Source: Psammoneis japonica (Eukaryota). From it: a stretch of 38,865 nucleotides of DNA. This document shows, piece by piece, positions 33,259 to 38,865 of the stretch. The position numbers were made by a program, and so were the translations under genes. The stretch covers positions 930,001-968,865 of the forward strand of contig QPGO01000003.1 of the NCBI GenBank assembly GCA_008632985.1, in the 5' to 3' direction. Position 1 is the first letter of the stretch, and each line of letters opens with the position of its first letter. A model generated the notes under the pieces. It did not search any database. It worked only from the letters and a program-made list of their open reading frames with translations, and was not told the origin of the DNA.

Positions 33259-36200
33259 CTATGTAGAGCGGAAGGTAACAGCAGAGGGAGGCACGGAGGT
33301 AGCTGTAGAGACGGTAGAGTAAAAGGGTCGATGGACGCAAGACGAAGGGCGTTTTGTGGAAGGTATGGGTGAGGAGGGGGCAGGGAGAGAGGAGGTGAAT
33401 CGGAGGATGTGCGTAGAAAGGTGAAGAACAACGTTGTAGCCAAGAGTTTGGGTGGCCCACTGGGATGGGGTGGCTGTACGGTAGGTGCTTCCAAAGCGAT
33501 CGGCGGACAGGCGACGCCATGCGGAGTCAGCAGAGGGAAGGATTGCAGACGGAGACGACAAAGCGTAAAGGAAGGCGGAGTAGGAGGCATCGGAGTGACG
33601 AAGGTCAGAGGAAGAGGACCAGGGTGGCTTGGGCTGAGAGCAGACGGGGGGGAATGTAGAACCAAAGAGCAAGCGGTGGGCAAAGTAGCCGAGACCACCA
33701 AGGTGATCGACAGTGAAGGGGAGCAGGAAGATGCCATTGTTGTCAAGCGAAGAAACAACAAGGGATCCATCGGCAGAGGGAGTAGAGGGGCCAAGAAACT
33801 TCAATCTCGCGCTCGAATGGTGTGCCTCAGTTAAGATAGGAGAAGAGGGGGCAGGCAGACCTGGAGGAGGGCGAGAGGAAGCTTGAGGGACGGTGACGTC
33901 CACTGCAATGTGGTGATGGCGGGAGGGAGCGGAAAGGGAGGCGGGAGGGGGGATAGAAATGCCGACATCGGCGGGACGGAGAAGCGGGCGGGTGGGGAGC
34001 AGGTTGGTGGGTTCAAGATGAATGTCATTGGGGGATCGACAGAACTCTGCAAGAGGACCCAAAGTTTGGGCTAGGATGAAAACAGTGTCACGGAGACCAT
34101 TGGAAAGCTTGGACTTGTGAGCACGGCGGCAAGAAAAGGCATGATCACCACAGGCGTCCAGAATGGCATGGCCACAGGGACAGGGAGTGTTGACAAGGGA
34201 CGGAGGAAGGATGGGGAGACGAAGCTTACGAAGGGCGGCGACAGCGCAAGCGTCCGAAGAAAGGCGGGAGCTTGGAAAGCGACGAGAGAAGGAATGAAGA
34301 GGAAGGCTTGTAAGCGGAGATAGCAATGAAGGGAGTGAAGATTGCACGTCGTAAGATGAGTTAGCAAGGATGGAGGTCACTGCTTGTTGCTGATGTTCAT
34401 GGCAGAGACGACGGGCCAGGCCGGGGAGAGTGGCCGATTTAACCAGGGCAGCCAAGGAAGAAGAGGAAAGGGTAGAGGCGGAAGCCAGAACGGGAGCATG
34501 ACGGCGGAAGAGCGTATAGAGGCGTAGGGAAGAGCGAGGGTTGGACCAGGAAGACAGGGAGAGCCGAAAGCAGCGTGGAAGGGAAACAGAAGCGCCAGAT
34601 GGCAGGCTGACACCGTGCGAAGCAAAGCGGAACGAGCGGAGAAGCGACACCAAGAAGGAAGGAATGGCGGCAGCTGTGGGGTCCCGGAGACCAAACCCAC
34701 CTGAGGAGGCAGGAAGGAAGGCGATGGCAATAGAGTGGTCGGGAAAAGGAGCGGCAAAGGAAGTGACGTAGTGTAGAAAGCGGTGAGCAACGGTGAGGAG
34801 GAAATCTTGAAACGGAGAGGTCCAGAGAAAGGGGTCGGAAGGATTGTCGGGGTCGAAGTTGCAGCAGAAGTCAGCTCCAAGGAGGTGAGCAGAGGATGGA
34901 ACAAAACAGTGCTTGAAGAGTTGAGCCTGGGTTTGTTTGTCATGGAGACGGGTGAGAAGCATGTCAACTTTGTCGGAGAGAGTAGAGGAGGTGTCGGAGA
35001 GGAAGGAGGTGGCGAAGTCGTGGGAGCCGAGGGGCTGTCCAAGGAAGCGAACACCAGAGGTGAGTTCGGGATTGTAAGAGGGGTCATTGGCAGGGTTTAA
35101 GAAGGAAAGTGCAGCACGGAGAAAATCGGCGCGGGAAGGGGGAAGAGTGGGGATGGGGCTGACACCGGTAATGGAGGTGAGGATCTTGGTTTTACGGAGG
35201 TTGAGGGAGATTCCGCAGGGGGCACCGAGGGCGGAGAAGCGTTCAAGGAACCATGGGAGTACAGAATGGGGAAGGAAAGCGTGAGCATCGTCAATGTAGG
35301 AGCCAACTGAGACAGAGGAACGGCCAGGGATACGTTCTTGAAGTTCTTGGTTAATCGGACGAAGAACCAGAGAGAGGACTGGGCTGGCGAAGACAGGGCC
35401 GAGAGGGCATCCTTGGGCAAATCCCTCTTCTTGAAGAAAGGAGCCCCAGGAAGAATCGGGTCGGCGACACCAACATGTGTTGGAACTTTGATGTAGAAGG
35501 TCAAAAAAAGGAAGCAGAGGATGAAAGGCAGGGGTGGAAGTGAGAACGTGTCGACAGGCATCTCGAGATGCTTCGTTGAACATGTTGACGAGGTCAAGAA
35601 GAAGAAGAGCCTTGGTAGAGTCGGCAGAAGAAAGATGTCGTTCAATGTTGGCAAGAGCAGAGTGTATGAGATAATCGAGGCCGCCTTTGACACCAATGCC
35701 AAACTGGCCATCTGGGAGGAGGTATTCGGCAAATGCAGAACCAAAGAGAGTCATGACGACGGAGCCGGCGATGCGACGAAGAGCAGTGCCGACGCCAATG
35801 GGGCGAAGCTTGTTGAGGTCGCTGGCATCTTTGTGCAAAGCGACAAAGTAGTTCGAAGCAAATAAGGAATGGACGGAGGAAGGAATGGAGCCGTGGAGCA
35901 GAAGAAGGACAATCTCACGAAAGGATGACAAGCAGGGGCGTTGAGCAACACCTGTTGGGGTTTTGGTAGAATGGAGGGCGCAGGACTTGAAAAGGTCGGT
36001 AGAATCAGCAAAAACACCGGCAGCAGTCCCAGGCTTACATTTGGAGAGAGCGGAAAGAAGAGCATCGGAGGAGAGCTCAATAGGCTCATTATGAAGGGAG
36101 GAGGCCGAGCGAGTTGAAGGAGGATTAGGCAGGTCGGAGGGGTGCAGGCGAGGAGGGTAGAGCTTGAGGATGACAGGAAGGCGCTCAGGAGCAACGGCAG

Positions 36201-36990
36201 CAACAGGAAGCGCAGAGGTGAGCTTGGAGTGGGCCGAGTGAAAGTCATCTTCGTCGGCACAAACTTGAGCGGAGCAGCAACAGGTGGAAGCAGAAAAGTC
36301 GGGGGAAGATGAGGAGAGGCGTGGCGCATGGGAGCAGGCTTCATGGTAGAGTTGGCGAATGCAGCCACGGCGGAAGAGGGACAAGCGGGAGGCAATGGCA
36401 GGGCCAAACTTGGAGCGTGGCGGGACAGGAGCAAGAATGAGAGCTTCAAAGAGTAAGAGCAGCTTCCAGAAGGGAGCAGAGTCACGTTGCCACGTAGGAA
36501 TGAGGCGGGAGGGGTTAGAGAGAGGCTGGGAGGCGGCCAGTGCCCAGCTTGTCACATGATGAAGAGCAGAGCAGAGTTCCTTGCGGGCGGAGGACGAGAG
36601 CTTGAGGCGGCAGGAAGCCCGGAAAGGCGGAGGCTCGAGTGCAAGAGCATGGAGCCATTGTAGCGAGGGGCCCCAGTCACCTAGATTATGGAAGGACGAG
36701 AGAACAATGTCAGTGTCAAGGGAAGAGCGAGGAGCGAAGTGCTTGTTCTGCAAGTGATTGCGAAGGTGGGTGGTAGACAGGCAGGTGCATTGGCTGTGAT
36801 CACAATGCCTGCAGACATGCAAACCAGCGGCATCGAAGAAGGACGTAGGTGCATGAGAAAGCGAGAGGCGGGGATGCTCCTGGCAAAGATGGCTGCGCAC
36901 AGAAGCAGGAAGGGATGATGCATCAATGGAAGGAGGGGACCAGGAGCAGAGTGGGCAAGTTGGCGGGGCACGGGCTTCGGTGGGTTCCAC
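33259..36990 (-). CDS. Retrotransposon polyprotein: two C2H2 zinc fingers, reverse transcriptase, Cys/His motif, REL endonuclease
   Basis: CPLC...HLCQEH; CRHC...HLQNKH; LRPIGVGTALRR; QFGIG; LDLVNMFN; GFAQGCPLGP; YIDD; GISLNLRKT; LGQPLG; GGFGL; CPCG...GDHAFSC; RPADV...VDVTV. Confidence 0.92.
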   Translation of the reverse strand: MEPTEARAPPTCPLCSWSPPSIDASSLPASVRSHLCQEHPRLSLSHAPTSFFDAAGLHVCRHCDHSQCTCLSTTHLRNHLQNKHFAPRSSLDTDIVLSSFHNLGDWGPSLQWLHALALEPPPFRASCRLKLSSSARKELCSALHHVTSWALAASQPLSNPSRLIPTWQRDSAPFWKLLLLFEALILAPVPPRSKFGPAIASRLSLFRRGCIRQLYHEACSHAPRLSSSSPDFSASTCCCSAQVCADEDDFHSAHSKLTSALPVAAVAPERLPVILKLYPPRLHPSDLPNPPSTRSASSLHNEPIELSSDALLSALSKCKPGTAAGVFADSTDLFKSCALHSTKTPTGVAQRPCLSSFREIVLLLLHGSIPSSVHSLFASNYFVALHKDASDLNKLRPIGVGTALRRIAGSVVMTLFGSAFAEYLLPDGQFGIGVKGGLDYLIHSALANIERHLSSADSTKALLLLDLVNMFNEASRDACRHVLTSTPAFHPLLPFFDLLHQSSNTCWCRRPDSSWGSFLQEEGFAQGCPLGPVFASPVLSLVLRPINQELQERIPGRSSVSVGSYIDDAHAFLPHSVLPWFLERFSALGAPCGISLNLRKTKILTSITGVSPIPTLPPSRADFLRAALSFLNPANDPSYNPELTSGVRFLGQPLGSHDFATSFLSDTSSTLSDKVDMLLTRLHDKQTQAQLFKHCFVPSSAHLLGADFCCNFDPDNPSDPFLWTSPFQDFLLTVAHRFLHYVTSFAAPFPDHSIAIAFLPASSGGFGLRDPTAAAIPSFLVSLLRSFRFASHGVSLPSGASVSLPRCFRLSLSSWSNPRSSLRLYTLFRRHAPVLASASTLSSSSLAALVKSATLPGLARRLCHEHQQQAVTSILANSSYDVQSSLPSLLSPLTSLPLHSFSRRFPSSRLSSDACAVAALRKLRLPILPPSLVNTPCPCGHAILDACGDHAFSCRRAHKSKLSNGLRDTVFILAQTLGPLAEFCRSPNDIHLEPTNLLPTRPLLRPADVGISIPPPASLSAPSRHHHIAVDVTVPQASSRPPPGLPAPSSPILTEAHHSSARLKFLGPSTPSADGSLVVSSLDNNGIFLLPFTVDHLGGLGYFAHRLLFGSTFPPVCSQPKPPWSSSSDLRHSDASYSAFLYALSSPSAILPSADSAWRRLSADRFGSTYRTATPSQWATQTLGYNVVLHLSTHILRFTSSLPAPSSPIPSTKRPSSCVHRPFYSTVSTATSVPPSAVTFRST

Positions 36991-38639
36991 GAGGCGATGA
37001 GATCGCGGAGGGAGTCGATGTCAGGGGCTGCAGCCCGGATGGCTTCTTCGTAGAAAGGTTGCCAGGTAGAAAGGCGGGCCGGGCAGCAAGTGCCCACGAA
37101 GGCATCAAGGACATCCAAGAGTTCCATCTCGCGCTGGGACTGCTGGGGAGAAACCGAGTCATCAGATTCAGTCTGCACAATTGCATCGGGAGCGGTGGGG
37201 GGGGGAGAGGTCTGCAAAACTACGGCAGGAATGGCGGGGGGCGGAGAGAGAGTGTCGGGAGAAGAGTGGGGACATTTGGAGGGAGGAGGCTCGGTGGTGA
37301 GGGAGCGGGCTTGGGGAGGATGGGAGGAAGGAGATGCAGCAGTGGGGAGCGGATCTTGGGGCTTGGGGAGCTGCCAGTCTTGAGCAAGCAGCTCAAGGGC
37401 ACGACACGAGAAAGAATCTCGAGAGTTTGCGGGCGGCTGAAGAGCAGCAGAGGCGTAGGATGGGGAAGTCATGCTGTCGTCATGGGTAGATTCCGCCACA
37501 GAGGTGAGGAGATCCAAGGGAAAGCCGGGATGGTTGTGCAGGTTGGCATCCATGAGAGCAATTGTGCATGGAGACGGGAAAAAGAGCAGCTTGCACTTGA
37601 TTGGGAGGGAGTCATGAGCAGAGAAGATGGGGGTGAGGGAGTGAAGATTGGTTGTGGCAAGGAGACGACTGATGCCAGGTTGGGTGAGAGGAAGAAGAAG
37701 ACGGTCAGAGACAACCACTTTCATGTTGCTCTGACGTGAAATGAGCTCGGAGAGGGCGTTGTAGGTGGAAGCAAAGTTGGCCGGGGCTGGGAAGGGAATG
37801 ATGGCAGCAGAGGTCCCCAGGATGGAGAAGGAGGCAGGTGGCGCATTGGATGGATTAGTGACATGAAGCAGGGTGTTCCAGACGGCATCGGAGGCAGCAG
37901 AAATGTAAAAAACCGGAAGAGAGCGGCGTCGGGCCTGGGCCGAGTTAGCGGGGTGTTGCGAAGGACGAATTCCAACGAGATTGGGAAAGGTGGGACAGTC
38001 TCGGAAGGATTGAAGGATGGGATTGGTCACAGTGCTGGAGATCTTGCCAACAAGGAAGGAATAAAGGCGGGATAGAAGAAACTCAGAAGTGCGTCGAGAA
38101 GAACCGTAGAGGGTTGGAGAGGGGCCAGCAAGGACACCATGAGCCTTTTCTTCGAAAGAGTTGCAGGCCGGGATCACAAAGGTGCAGTGCCGAGCCCAAG
38201 GATCATCCACAGCCGAAACCGGAGAGAAGTCAGGGTGGAGAAAATTGGAAGGGGAGCTGGCGGAGCGGAAGGGGGTGAAGTGCGACGTAGGGTGCAGATG
38301 CCATTTCTGAAGGAGAAAAGAGAGTGCTTGGCTGCGGAAGGATTCGAAGGAAAAGGTGGTGCCGTCGGGGGTCACCGGGTGAAGAGCAACGTGAAAGTAG
38401 GACGCCCACTGATTCTGGTGAGGATAGGAGCGCTTCTTGGTTTCGGCAAGCGTCACAGAGCCAAGAGTGAGGAGGAGCGGAGAGACGCGCCGGCTGTGAT
38501 GCTTTGGCGTCTTAAGAATGATGTCACGAATGACATCAGACGTGAGAGCAATGGCAGGCACGTCAGGCAGGTCAGTAGGATGAAGGACCTGAGCTAAAAG
38601 CTTAACATCAGCAGGAGGAGCGGAGGCGAGAGTAGACAT
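36681..38639 (-). CDS. Upstream ORF (ORF1, or the N-terminal part of a single ORF) of the CRE-like element
   Basis: Open from ATG 38639 (MSTLASAPP), with a Pro/Ser-rich linker. Overlaps the RT ORF by ~310 nt; a 1-nt shift near 36992 would fuse the two. Confidence 0.65.
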   Translation of the reverse strand: MSTLASAPPADVKLLAQVLHPTDLPDVPAIALTSDVIRDIILKTPKHHSRRVSPLLLTLGSVTLAETKKRSYPHQNQWASYFHVALHPVTPDGTTFSFESFRSQALSFLLQKWHLHPTSHFTPFRSASSPSNFLHPDFSPVSAVDDPWARHCTFVIPACNSFEEKAHGVLAGPSPTLYGSSRRTSEFLLSRLYSFLVGKISSTVTNPILQSFRDCPTFPNLVGIRPSQHPANSAQARRRSLPVFYISAASDAVWNTLLHVTNPSNAPPASFSILGTSAAIIPFPAPANFASTYNALSELISRQSNMKVVVSDRLLLPLTQPGISRLLATTNLHSLTPIFSAHDSLPIKCKLLFFPSPCTIALMDANLHNHPGFPLDLLTSVAESTHDDSMTSPSYASAALQPPANSRDSFSCRALELLAQDWQLPKPQDPLPTAASPSSHPPQARSLTTEPPPSKCPHSSPDTLSPPPAIPAVVLQTSPPPTAPDAIVQTESDDSVSPQQSQREMELLDVLDAFVGTCCPARLSTWQPFYEEAIRAAAPDIDSLRDLIASWNPPKPVPRQLAHSAPGPLLPLMHHPFLLLCAAIFARSIPASRFLMHLRPSSMPLVCMSAGIVITANAPACLPPTFAITCRTSTSLLALPLTLTLFSRPSII

Positions 38640-38865
38640 GATCAAGCGGGAAGAGAAAGTTGCAGAGAGTCGTTGTTGTGTGCGGATCGCCAAAAACAGC
38701 GACAAGGTCACAGAACGTGTAGAAAGATAGGAGGAGGGAAGGTGAGGGCATGACGTGGGCAATCGTACACGAATGATCGTAGAGGATGCATAGAAACATA
38801 GGGAGGAAGGCACAAGCAGAAGCGCGAAGGGAGTCATGGAAGAGAAAAGGGGCAGTAGAGAGGGC

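Larger units (their letters stand above)
33236..38865 (-). mobile_element. CRE-like non-LTR retrotransposon with restriction-like endonuclease, near intact; 5' end at or beyond the window edge
   Basis: Zinc fingers, RT, Cys/His motif and REL domain in the order typical of CRE-clade elements. The coding strand is strongly pyrimidine-rich. 3' boundary approximate; no poly(A) seen. Confidence 0.88.

Noticed and set aside
33400..38800. Long Gly/Arg/Glu-rich plus-strand ORFs and Pro/Ser/Leu-rich alternative minus frames
   Set aside because: Explained by the strong purine/pyrimidine strand skew and low TA content of the retrotransposon.

Overview
Eukaryotic DNA, most likely a diatom or other photosynthetic stramenopile (BET3, a protein with a bipartite plastid-targeting motif, diatom-like transposon families). 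The window has two compartments. (1) Positions 1-~24,300 and an island at ~26,930-28,985 are a nest of dead mobile elements. These include a Plavaka/CACTA-like transposase interrupted by a non-autonomous Copia-type LTR element and by a piggyBac, two copies of a large unknown ORF, a CRE-like retroposon fragment and an IS630/Tc1-like transposase. TpA is almost absent from this DNA, CpG is reduced and TpG/CpA is inflated, so Tyr codons appear as Cys/His and TAA/TAG stops are scarce. (2) The host genes at ~24,600-26,800 and ~29,400-33,200 (thioredoxin-fold protein, BET3/TRAPPC3, SAM methyltransferase, plastid SnoaL-like protein) have normal composition. They are followed by a near-intact CRE-like non-LTR retrotransposon with patchy TpA loss but intact CpG. 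Main candidate discovery: a repeat-targeted, strand-symmetric TpA->TpG/CpA hypermutation (A-to-G, apparently preferring TAY), opposite in direction to fungal RIP. All counts were made by eye and are approximate. Family assignments come from recalled motifs, not database searches.
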